Shown: positions 10,513 through 18,116 of the stretch, piece by piece
How positions within the stretch are numbered: the stretch's first letter is position 1
Layout of the letters: each line of letters starts with the position of its first letter
IMG/VR virus record: IMGVR_UViG_3300035668_000001
Length of the DNA stretch: 64,000 bases
DNA from: an uncultured virus (IMG/VR IMGVR_UViG_3300035668_000001)
Lineage: Duplodnaviria > Heunggongvirae > Uroviricota > Caudoviricetes
Strand: one strand, 5' to 3'
Position numbers and translations under genes: made by a program
Notes under the pieces: generated by a model
The model's database searches: none
Seen by the model: only the letters and a program-made list of their open reading frames with translations
Told to the model about the DNA's origin: nothing

Positions 10513-10904
10513 GCATGTACGAAATGGTGTTCGGCACCGACGGCCGCGGCCGCGCAGAAGTCCTGCTGCCACTCCTCGGCAACCCCGACGTCGGCCGGTT
10601 CCGCGACTGCTGGATAGAGAAGGCACCCGACGGCGACCCGGTCATCGCCGTCTACACCCGCAACGGCGGCGGGAACCGGCCGGACTACGCCGACGTCATC
10701 ACCGCGCTCCAACAGCACGAGCTGTACCTGCGGGACACCGACGACGACTTCGATTCGACGTACGCCACGTTCTACTTCCGCACCCCGGCCAAGTACCGCG
10801 ACATGTTTCGGCAAGTCGCCGGCGACCCCGTGGACATGGACGAACGGTGGGCCGTCGCCATCGAGGCGATCGGCGGTGCGATCGACGGCACATCGGCGCC
10901 TTGA
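10509..10904 (+). CDS. conserved phage hypothetical protein
   Basis: ATGA overlap; RFRDCW...VYTRNGGGNR...DDDFDSTYATFYFR. Confidence 0.7.
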   Translation: MSMYEMVFGTDGRGRAEVLLPLLGNPDVGRFRDCWIEKAPDGDPVIAVYTRNGGGNRPDYADVITALQQHELYLRDTDDDFDSTYATFYFRTPAKYRDMFRQVAGDPVDMDERWAVAIEAIGGAIDGTSAP

Positions 10905-10944
10905 GCCCCCTCGACGGCCAAGCCCAAGACGACAGCGACACGCC

Positions 10945-11220
10945 ATGAGCCACCACCGCCGCGAACACTCTGACGTCTCCGTCATAGTCCCCGCCGGCGC
11001 CACCGGCCACCAGGCCCTCGTCGGCAAACAGCTCGCCATGCTGTCGGAGGGCTACTGCCCGTACGGCTGTGGGCGGCTCGACGTCCGCGACCCGCCCTGG
11101 ACGTACTGCTCGTGTTGCGACCGGTACCTGCGCACCTACACGGACGGCCGCGGGCCCGCCTTCGAGACGGTCGTCGGATGGTACTTCCGGGCCGAACCCG
11201 TCCCCGACGGCTGGTGGTGA
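10945..11220 (+). CDS. small Zn-ribbon protein, paralogue 1 of 4
   Basis: LSEGYCPYGCGRLDVRDPPWTYCSCC. Confidence 0.7.
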   Translation: MSHHRREHSDVSVIVPAGATGHQALVGKQLAMLSEGYCPYGCGRLDVRDPPWTYCSCCDRYLRTYTDGRGPAFETVVGWYFRAEPVPDGWW

Positions 11221-11226
11221 CCCCCG

Positions 11227-11466
11227 ATGAACTTGTGGGCCAGTATCGCCGCGGCGAGAGCCACCGGCAGGGCCGCCATATCCGAAGGCTTCTGCCCGGC
11301 CTGCCGCGGCCGCCTGCAACCATCCGACCCGCCCTGGCTGTACTGCCCCCCGTGCAGCCTGTCCTGGCATGTGACGGACGACGACGACCTACTGCTGGGG
11401 ATCGGCAAGAACCCGCCGCTGCCACCGCCGCGGCCGAGAAAGCCCCAGGCCAACAACGGAAGGTGA
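11227..11466 (+). CDS. small Zn-ribbon protein, paralogue 2 of 4
   Basis: ISEGFCPACRGRLQPSDPPWLYCPPC. Confidence 0.7.
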   Translation: MNLWASIAAARATGRAAISEGFCPACRGRLQPSDPPWLYCPPCSLSWHVTDDDDLLLGIGKNPPLPPPRPRKPQANNGR

Positions 11467-11471
11467 CGGAG

Positions 11472-11711
11472 ATGCCTCGACGCGATGATGCGGAAGCCGC
11501 GGCGACCGCCGCCTTGGCGAGCCACGTCCTGGCGCAGGTCTCCCTCGCGGAGGCCGCCCTGTCCGAGGGCTTCTGCCCGAAGTGCCACGGACGCCTGCGA
11601 CCCACCGAGCTGCACTGGCTGTACTGCCCCCCATGCGACCTGTCCTGGCTGGTGACGCGCGAGGGCACCCTGCTCCAGGCAGTCGGCGAGTACCCGCCGC
11701 CACCGCCGTGA
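11472..11711 (+). CDS. small Zn-ribbon protein, paralogue 3 of 4
   Basis: LSEGFCPKCHGRLRPTELHWLYCPPC. Confidence 0.7.
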   Translation: MPRRDDAEAAATAALASHVLAQVSLAEAALSEGFCPKCHGRLRPTELHWLYCPPCDLSWLVTREGTLLQAVGEYPPPPP

Positions 11712-11744
11712 GCGCCCCCGGGGGAACGACGGAAGGTGACATCC

Positions 11745-11975
11745 ATGGCCATGTGGGCCCGCGCCTCCTTCGCGAACGTCGCCCGCGCTAAGGCGTCCCT
11801 GTCCGAAGGCTTCTGTCCCGACTGTCACCACCGCCTGCAATCCACCGATCCGCCCTGGCTGTACTGCTCGTACGGCGAGATGTCCTGGCATGTGGCGGAC
11901 GGCCAGATACTGATGGCGGCCGGCCAGCACCCGCCGCCCCCACCGCCGCTGCGAGGGTCCCCATGGGAGACGTAG
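11745..11975 (+). CDS. small Zn-ribbon protein, paralogue 4 of 4
   Basis: LSEGFCPDCHHRLQSTDPPWLYCSYG. Confidence 0.7.
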   Translation: MAMWARASFANVARAKASLSEGFCPDCHHRLQSTDPPWLYCSYGEMSWHVADGQILMAAGQHPPPPPPLRGSPWET

Positions 11976-12031
11976 GACAGACCTATGTCTCCACAAGGCC
12001 GCCCCGGCGCGGTGTCACAACCAGACGGGTT

Positions 12032-12060
12032 ACTTCCGATAATGTTCTCTTATCGGAAGT
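12032..12060. other. lox/dif-like recombination site (11-bp inverted arms, 7-bp asymmetric spacer)
   Basis: ACTTCCGATAA-TGTTCTC-TTATCGGAAGT, 20 bp upstream of the recombinase gene. Confidence 0.75.
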
Positions 12061-12080
12061 GAAAAATTGGGGGTCGGGGA

Positions 12081-13067
12081 GTGGCTGAGAACACCGATAT
12101 CGAGCTGTCGACCACCTACGGGGTGGCCCTGCCGGGCGAGCTGGACACCCTCGAAGAGTACGAGGCCGCGTCGATCGCTGAGAACACCATCGCCGCGTAC
12201 ACGCGGGACTGGAACGCCTGGGTGGCCTGGTGTGCCACCCGGGGCACCAGCCCGCGGCCGGCCGACACGACGATGCTCGGCGTCTACCTCACGCAGAAGG
12301 CGCGCGCCGGGGTGCCTCCGACGTCCCTCGCCCGGTACCTCGCCGGGATCGGCCACTTCCACGAGGAGGCCGGGTACGACCGGCCCGCACACATCCCCGG
12401 GCTGCGGCGGATCATGCGCGGTATCCGGCACAAGGCGCGGGATGCCGGTATCCGGCCCGTGAAGGCGCGGGCACTGGACACCGACGCGATCAAGGCGCTC
12501 GTGTCCGACTTGCCAGCGGGCCGCGCCGGGGTCCGTGACCGGGCGGTCATCCTCGTCGGCTACGCCCTCGGGCTGCGCGTCTCCGAGCTCGTAGCGCTCG
12601 AGGCCCGTGACGTGAGCCCCGGGTACGGCGACGGCCTGGACGTGTACCTCGCCAGCGGCAAGACCGACCAGGAGGGCAAGGGCCGCACTCTCGCCTTGGC
12701 CCGGGGTACCCGCGTCGACACGTGCCCGGTCACCGCGCTACAGCACTGGGTCGCCGCCGCCGGCATCACCGAGGGCCCGATCTTCCGCCGCGTCTACAAG
12801 GGCACCGCGCAGACGGTCGGCGTCCGGCCGTTGGACGTGAAGTCGGTGCGGCTGATCTTGCAGCGCGCCGCCGATCGCGCCGGGGTGTCCTTGGAACGGC
12901 TGTCCCCGCACTCTCTGCGCGGCGGCCACATCACGACCGCGTACCGCAAGGGCACGTCCGAACCGAAGATGGCCGAGACGACGGGGCACCGTTCGATCCT
13001 CGTCATGCGCGGCTACAACGACTCCGAGCGGTGGGAGAACCCGTCGTCCGCGAACCTCGGCCTGTAG
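12081..13067 (+). CDS. Cre-like tyrosine recombinase
   Basis: Catalytic R (GLRVSE), K (GKTDQEG), HSLR, TGHRS, Y (MRGY); N-terminal 'NTIAAYTRDW' SAM-like helix. Confidence 0.92.
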   Translation: MAENTDIELSTTYGVALPGELDTLEEYEAASIAENTIAAYTRDWNAWVAWCATRGTSPRPADTTMLGVYLTQKARAGVPPTSLARYLAGIGHFHEEAGYDRPAHIPGLRRIMRGIRHKARDAGIRPVKARALDTDAIKALVSDLPAGRAGVRDRAVILVGYALGLRVSELVALEARDVSPGYGDGLDVYLASGKTDQEGKGRTLALARGTRVDTCPVTALQHWVAAAGITEGPIFRRVYKGTAQTVGVRPLDVKSVRLILQRAADRAGVSLERLSPHSLRGGHITTAYRKGTSEPKMAETTGHRSILVMRGYNDSERWENPSSANLGL

Positions 13068-13086
13068 CGGAACCTAGGCAAGCCCA

Positions 13087-13103
13087 TAAACCCCGTGTAC
13101 GAT
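13087..13103 (+). promoter_or_regulatory. putative phage promoter TAAACCCCGTG-TACGAT
   Basis: Matches the recurring motif; lies upstream of the operon leading into the TIGR-like locus. Confidence 0.65.
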
Positions 13104-13134
13104 CGGTCTTCTCGACAGCGACCGAGGAGTACCC

Positions 13135-13482
13135 GTGAGTGAAGCCCGAGGACGGACCCGGAGTATGGCCGCCGGGAAACCCCACCTCACCTGCGCCTGT
13201 GGCCGGGACGTGTGGAGCAACATCGGTATCGCCTCCCACCGGAAATCGTGTGAGGCGAGCTTGGAGCGGGACGGGTGGCCGATCGACGCGGGCATGGCGA
13301 AGGCGATCCGGGAGGAGTACCCGCGCAACGCCGCCCCCACCATCTTGTACGTGTCGCGTCAGCTCGGCCGCGTCTACCTTGAACGTCGCCGCGGCGGTGA
13401 CAACGCCGAGATGCCTTGGCGGGAGTACCGGGATCTCGTGTGGCAGCTCGCGGCCGAAGCACAGTCGCAGCCGGTGGCCTAG
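13135..13482 (+). CDS. hypothetical protein (CxC...HxxxC)
   Basis: GAGGAG RBS; 115 aa. Confidence 0.65.
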   Translation: MSEARGRTRSMAAGKPHLTCACGRDVWSNIGIASHRKSCEASLERDGWPIDAGMAKAIREEYPRNAAPTILYVSRQLGRVYLERRRGGDNAEMPWREYRDLVWQLAAEAQSQPVA

Positions 13483-13743
13483 GTGACCGCCTCCAAGGTG
13501 ACGTGCCCCCACTGCCGGAGTGCCGACCTGAACGTCATCGAGGACTGGTCCGGGTTCTCCATGTCGTTCCCGTCGGAGTCGTACACCGTCGGCCCCGACG
13601 GCGTGACGATCACCGGCGAGGGCTGGCTGCACGAGGGCGAACCGACCGGCCGGTACGTCTGGCGTTGCAACGACTGCGGCCACTGCTGGCGGATCCGGCG
13701 CGCGGTTGTCGTCGACAACTACGGCGAGGCGAGGCACCTGTGA
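13483..13743 (+). CDS. Zn-ribbon hypothetical protein
   Basis: CPHC...CNDC. Confidence 0.65.
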   Translation: MTASKVTCPHCRSADLNVIEDWSGFSMSFPSESYTVGPDGVTITGEGWLHEGEPTGRYVWRCNDCGHCWRIRRAVVVDNYGEARHL

Positions 13744-13994
13744 CCGATCCGACGATGCCCCACGTGACGGCCCCCGCCGTCCCGGTCATGGCGGGGATGC
13801 GCGACGCAAGCGTCCACAACCACCCGGGCCGGGCCGCCGTCTACCACGTCGTCAAGTACCGGGGCGACGTCCCCCACCCGGCGTGCAACACCTGGTCGCA
13901 AGTGGTCGTCGAGACGACGGTGCGGCCGGCTGAACGCGTCGAGCCCGCTTTGCGGTGTCAGGGTCACGGGTGCCGTAGCCGGTGGCCGCAGTGA
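13740..13994 (+). CDS. hypothetical protein
   Basis: GTGA overlap with the previous gene. Confidence 0.6.
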   Translation: MTDPTMPHVTAPAVPVMAGMRDASVHNHPGRAAVYHVVKYRGDVPHPACNTWSQVVVETTVRPAERVEPALRCQGHGCRSRWPQ

Positions 13995-14218
13995 CCGCCG
14001 TGTCCGGTCCCTCGAGCTCCCTCGACGGCCAGGGGTTACGCGTCACCCATCATGAGGCCGCCGTCGAGGGGCCATTTCACTCCCAGCCGACCATCGGTCC
14101 GGCGACGCCCATGGCGGACACGTCGGCTGGGCTTTACTCCCCGGCGGCCACATCCAGCGCGGCGCCCAATACGCTGCCGCCGCCGGGGCCCCACCCACAC
14201 CGTAGGGATCTGAGATGA
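13991..14218 (+). CDS. possible small ORF carrying three TIGR-like stem-loop units
   Basis: GTGA overlap with the upstream stop and ATGA overlap with the 14215 start; low-complexity product. Confidence 0.4.
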   Translation: MTAVSGPSSSLDGQGLRVTHHEAAVEGPFHSQPTIGPATPMADTSAGLYSPAATSSAAPNTLPPPGPHPHRRDLR

Positions 14219-14460
14219 CGGAGCAGAAGTCCGCGAAGGTGGCCGGGATCCGCCGGTACGGTGCCCGGCGGCGCGGCGCCCCCACCGACCCCCTCGACGG
14301 CCACGGCCTCGCCGTTGCCCAAGACAGCAGCGCCGTCGAGGGCACAGACTCCCCGGCGGCCACCACAGATCCGACACCCACGGCCGCCGCGCCGCCGGGG
14401 CCCACAGACACCTCGGCGGCCAACGAAGATCCGGCGCCCACAAGCAACGCGCTGCCGAGG
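14019..14460 (+). ncRNA. TIGR-like stem-loop guide array, 5' block (6 units)
   Basis: stem-CCA-N9-CG-N4-CCA-N9-CG-stem with first CCA at 14029, 14091, 14148, 14301, 14360 and 14420. Confidence 0.8.
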
Positions 14461-15807
14461 CCCAGCATCGCCGACCCCCTCCTGGCCTTGCTCGCCGACG
14501 CGGTCGACGACTTGGAGCGGACGAGGATCGCGAACGAGAACCGGGTCCGGCAGCTCACCCGCGCCGGGGAGGACAGTGACGGGGCGGAGCGCGGCTTCGG
14601 GCTCACCTTGGATCAGCCGCAGGTCGCGTCCCTCGCCCGGGTCGTCGCCGGGTTGGCGGACCTGGAAGCGGAGGCGGTGCTGAACCTGCGGCGCCGTCTG
14701 CGGCAGCACCCGCTGGGGGCGTGGATACAGGGGCAGGTGGGGATCGGGGAGAAGCAAGGTGCCCGCCTGCTGGCCGCGATCGGCGACCCGTACTGGAACA
14801 CCCTGTACGGGCGGCCGCGGACCGTGTCAGAGTTGTGGGCGTTCTGCGGCCTCCACGTTCTCCCCGCCGGCCAGCCACCACCCGTGGCCCATCTTCCTGC
14901 CGCCGGTGGGGACCAGACCGATCCCGGCCATAACGTCGTCGACGCCCAGTCAGCCCGCGCCGGGATCGCCCACGAGCCCCCCGCCGGCCAATGCGCAGAC
15001 GATCCCCATGGCGATCTCGTCGGCGGGGCACAGACCGACCCCGGCCAGGATGTCCACGACACCCAGGATGCGCGCGCCGGGGTCGCCCACGAGCCCCCCG
15101 CTGGCCATCACGGTACCGATGCCCATACAAGGTCCGCCGGTGGGGACCAGACCGACCTCGGCCATCCTCCCAGCGGAACCCATTCCAAGCCCGCCGGGGT
15201 CGCCCACGTACTCCCCGCCGGCCAAGCAGCCCTCGATTCCCATGTGTCGGGCGCCGGCGGGGCCCAGAACGGTCCCGGCCATAGCGTCGCCGACACCCAC
15301 TCACCTCGCGCCGGGGTCGACCACGAACTCCCCGTCGGCCATCACGCAGCCGATGCCCCTGGCAGGTACGCCGGCGGGGCCCAGACCGACCCCGGCCATA
15401 ACGTCGCCGACACCCAGTCAGCTCGCGCCGGGGTCGCACCATCACGGCAGCGTGGCCAGCGCACCAACTGGTCCACCGCCGCGAAGATGCGCGTCTACCT
15501 GATCGCCGAGACGTGCATCAAGTTCGACGGCAAACCCGACAAGAACGATCAGCCCCGTCCGCTGTCCCCGTACCGGGCCGTGTACGACGAAGGGCGGGCC
15601 AAGTACGCCGGGGCGGTCCACCCGGCCGTATGCCGCCGGTGCGGCCCGTCCGGGCATCCCGCGGCCGTGGGGTCGCCGTTGTCGCCTGGGCACCAGCATG
15701 CGCGGGGGCTGCGTCTGGTGATGAAGGCGATCCTCCGGGACTTGTGGATCGAGGCCCGGGGGCTCCACGGCGACCACGCGGCGACCACGCGGCGACCATG
15801 CCCATGA
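14215..15807 (+). CDS. IS110-Tnp/Nop-domain protein lacking a nuclease domain (TasA-like), with in-frame repeat insertion
   Basis: Coiled coil DDLERTRIANENR; HhH-like GIGEKQGARLLAAIGD; ELWAFCGL; RQRGQRTNWS; SPYRAVYD; HARGLRLVMKAILRDLW; no DEDD/RuvC N-terminus. Confidence 0.82.
   Translation: MTEQKSAKVAGIRRYGARRRGAPTDPLDGHGLAVAQDSSAVEGTDSPAATTDPTPTAAAPPGPTDTSAANEDPAPTSNALPRPSIADPLLALLADAVDDLERTRIANENRVRQLTRAGEDSDGAERGFGLTLDQPQVASLARVVAGLADLEAEAVLNLRRRLRQHPLGAWIQGQVGIGEKQGARLLAAIGDPYWNTLYGRPRTVSELWAFCGLHVLPAGQPPPVAHLPAAGGDQTDPGHNVVDAQSARAGIAHEPPAGQCADDPHGDLVGGAQTDPGQDVHDTQDARAGVAHEPPAGHHGTDAHTRSAGGDQTDLGHPPSGTHSKPAGVAHVLPAGQAALDSHVSGAGGAQNGPGHSVADTHSPRAGVDHELPVGHHAADAPGRYAGGAQTDPGHNVADTQSARAGVAPSRQRGQRTNWSTAAKMRVYLIAETCIKFDGKPDKNDQPRPLSPYRAVYDEGRAKYAGAVHPAVCRRCGPSGHPAAVGSPLSPGHQHARGLRLVMKAILRDLWIEARGLHGDHAATTRRPCP
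14861..15435 (+). ncRNA. TIGR-like stem-loop guide array, intragenic block (10 units, 57/60-bp alternating period)
   Basis: First CCA at 14871, 14928, 14988, 15045, 15105, 15162, 15222, 15279, 15339 and 15396; variable 9-nt spacers, invariant CCA/CG (one CCC variant), complementary stems. Confidence 0.85.
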
Positions 15808-15823
15808 CGAGGAGGCCCGCCGC

Positions 15824-16189
15824 ATGACCCCGAACCTGCCACTCATCGACGACGTCATGCACCACATCGACACCCACCCCGAAGAGTGGGACCAAACGCT
15901 TTGGTTTTGCGATACCACTGCCTGCTTCGCCGGGCACACCGCCCTCATCTCCGGACTACATGTGAACCGGAGGCTCAGCACCGTATTCGCGCCCGAGGAC
16001 CGCAAGTGGCGCAGGGCGGCAAGCGTGGCCGAGAAGCTCCTCGGCTTGGACTCTTGTACGGCCGACCGCCTGTTCTGCGCCGGGAACACCCTCGACGACC
16101 TGCACCAGGTCGTGAAGGAACTCCACGGCGCGCCCCACCAACCCCTCTCGTGGGAGCCGAAGCCGTTCGACGACGAGGAGTCGGCCTGA
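15824..16189 (+). CDS. conserved actinophage hypothetical protein
   Basis: GAGGAGG RBS; WDQTLWFCDTTACFAGH. Confidence 0.7.
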   Translation: MTPNLPLIDDVMHHIDTHPEEWDQTLWFCDTTACFAGHTALISGLHVNRRLSTVFAPEDRKWRRAASVAEKLLGLDSCTADRLFCAGNTLDDLHQVVKELHGAPHQPLSWEPKPFDDEESA

Positions 16190-16782
16190 TGCCTGGGGCG
16201 TGGACGTGGTTCCCGGCGGCCTTCTACGCCCTGTGCGGGGTCGGCGTGGCCCTCGCCGTCGCGCACGTTGTGCTCGCCTGGCGGTTTCTGCACGACGCCG
16301 CCAGGGCCGTCGCGCCGTGACCATCCACGTCGACCTGTCCAGCAGTGACCCGAAGGTCGAGTCCCTGCTGCGGCAGGTCGAGGCCCTGCCGATGGGCAGC
16401 TCGGCGCGGTCCGAATGCGAGGGCGCCCTGTACTTGGCGCTAGCCCGGGTGTGCTGGCGGGATGCCGACCGGTGCCGCGAGCTCGAGCGGCACCGCGCCG
16501 CACGCGACGCGAGGAGGGGCGAGGCGTGAGCCCCCGAGATCCGCAGTCCGAGATTCACGACATCGACATGGGCACCCCAGCCATGGGTACCCCAGTTCCG
16601 GTCGGCGGCTGGTACTGCGGTGTGCTCCGTGATGCCGTCGGCGTGGTGGTGTACCGCACCGAGCCGCGCCTGCTATCCGCCGGTGACACCCTCGCCGGCG
16701 GGCCCTTCCGCTGGGTCGGATCGTCATACTCCGGTGATATGCCAGACCCCTCCGCGCACCAACCTCCGGAAGGAACCGCCCC

Positions 16783-17106
16783 GTGACGACACCGAACACC
16801 AACGCCCCGGACCTGGCAGCGAGGAAGGCCCTCGCACAATCTGCGATCCAGGTCGCGAAGGACATGCGCGCGCTCATCGAGCAAGCCGAGGCACTGGGCC
16901 TGAACCCCGAGGGCGTGCCACCCGAGTACGCCCCGTCGCACGCCCCGACTTGGGGACCGGTGCGGGCCGCGGCGGACCTCGTGAGCGGTCTGGCGTGGGG
17001 CGTCGCGTTCGAGACGGAGGACAACGACCTGATAGGTGCGTTGACCGACGGGCGTCGGCAGTTCAAGTTCGCCCCGTCCGTACCGGAGGACGGGCGGCCC
17101 ACGTGA
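16783..17106 (+). CDS. hypothetical protein
   Basis: GAAGGAA RBS; coupled ORF. Confidence 0.6.
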   Translation: MTTPNTNAPDLAARKALAQSAIQVAKDMRALIEQAEALGLNPEGVPPEYAPSHAPTWGPVRAAADLVSGLAWGVAFETEDNDLIGALTDGRRQFKFAPSVPEDGRPT

Positions 17107-17714
17107 ACGACCAGACGGTCGAACCCGACGAGGTCGACCCCACATCCCTGACCCTCGACGAACGCGCTGTAGGGCTGCGCCGCTACGCGAAGGGCACGTA
17201 CCCTGCCGAGGCCGCCGCCGAGCTGCTGATCGCCCACGACTCGTGGCTACGCCGCGACGACTTCATCCGCGTCTGCACGTGGGCGCTGTGGCCCTCTCAC
17301 ACCCCTGGTGTGCCGTTCCTCGGCGTCGACTGGGAGACGGCCGCGGACTTCGCCTGCAACACGGCCGGGTCGAGTGGCGAGTTGAAGATGCTGGCGATCG
17401 CCGCGACCATCGCCGGGCAGCCCATCATCGAATGCCCTGTGTGGAAGGGCTTCGGGGATCTCCTCATGTCCCTCGACAACACGAACGTGCAGATCGTGTT
17501 GGAGGCGATCGCGCACGCGTGCGGATGGCACGAGCAAGGTGTCGCGCGGGAGGTCACCGGCCGGGCACCGTTCCGGACCGATCCGGTGCGGTCCCCCGAG
17601 GACGAGCGGTACTACGGGCAGGGTGTCGACAGCGACGTGCTCGCCGTGCTGACGCGGCGCGCCGAAGAGTGGCATGCCGCCGCGCGGGTCGACGACGCGC
17701 CTGAGGTGCCGTGA
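17103..17714 (+). CDS. hypothetical protein
   Basis: GGAGG RBS, GTGA overlap; EAAAELLIAHDSWLRRDDF...SSGELKMLAIAATI. Confidence 0.65.
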   Translation: MNDQTVEPDEVDPTSLTLDERAVGLRRYAKGTYPAEAAAELLIAHDSWLRRDDFIRVCTWALWPSHTPGVPFLGVDWETAADFACNTAGSSGELKMLAIAATIAGQPIIECPVWKGFGDLLMSLDNTNVQIVLEAIAHACGWHEQGVAREVTGRAPFRTDPVRSPEDERYYGQGVDSDVLAVLTRRAEEWHAAARVDDAPEVP

Positions 17715-17830
17715 CACCCCTTACGGCAGGGCGCTGACACTCCTTGGATGGGCCACCCGGCGGGTACCGTCAAGGTTCACCGGGAGCGACCTCGGTGCCA
17801 CTTTTAGGAAGCGCCGGAAGGTGCCCCGCC

Positions 17831-18109
17831 GTGAAAGTTGTCATCCACTCGCACAGACACCTCGTGCCGATTCAGCGGGCCGGCCGGTTCCGGAGCTGGC
17901 TGGGGCCCCGCCAGTCGTGTGTCGGTGTCGTCCCCGTCCGGACCGTCCTCGAGTTCGAGACGACCCTCGCCGCGATGGGTAACCGTCCACCGGCGGCCGG
18001 CACCATCGTCGAGACGCCCGACGGGTGGAAGGGGTTCGTCAAGTACGTCATGTTCGTGATGCCTTCCGAGGACGACCCACAGCCGCACTTCAAGGTCGTC
18101 GCCATCTGA
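17831..18109 (+). CDS. hypothetical protein
   Basis: GAAGG upstream; GC3-rich 3' half. Confidence 0.45.
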   Translation: MKVVIHSHRHLVPIQRAGRFRSWLGPRQSCVGVVPVRTVLEFETTLAAMGNRPPAAGTIVETPDGWKGFVKYVMFVMPSEDDPQPHFKVVAI

Positions 18110-18116
18110 CCCTCGG

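Noticed and set aside
14019..15435. CRISPR array interpretation of the repeats
   Set aside because: Variable segments are only 9 nt and paired within hairpins, the repeats are not identical, and no cas genes are present.
14215..15807. Active IS110 insertion sequence
   Set aside because: No DEDD RuvC domain and the catalytic-loop region is replaced by the array. The gene is coupled within a phage operon with no visible element boundaries.
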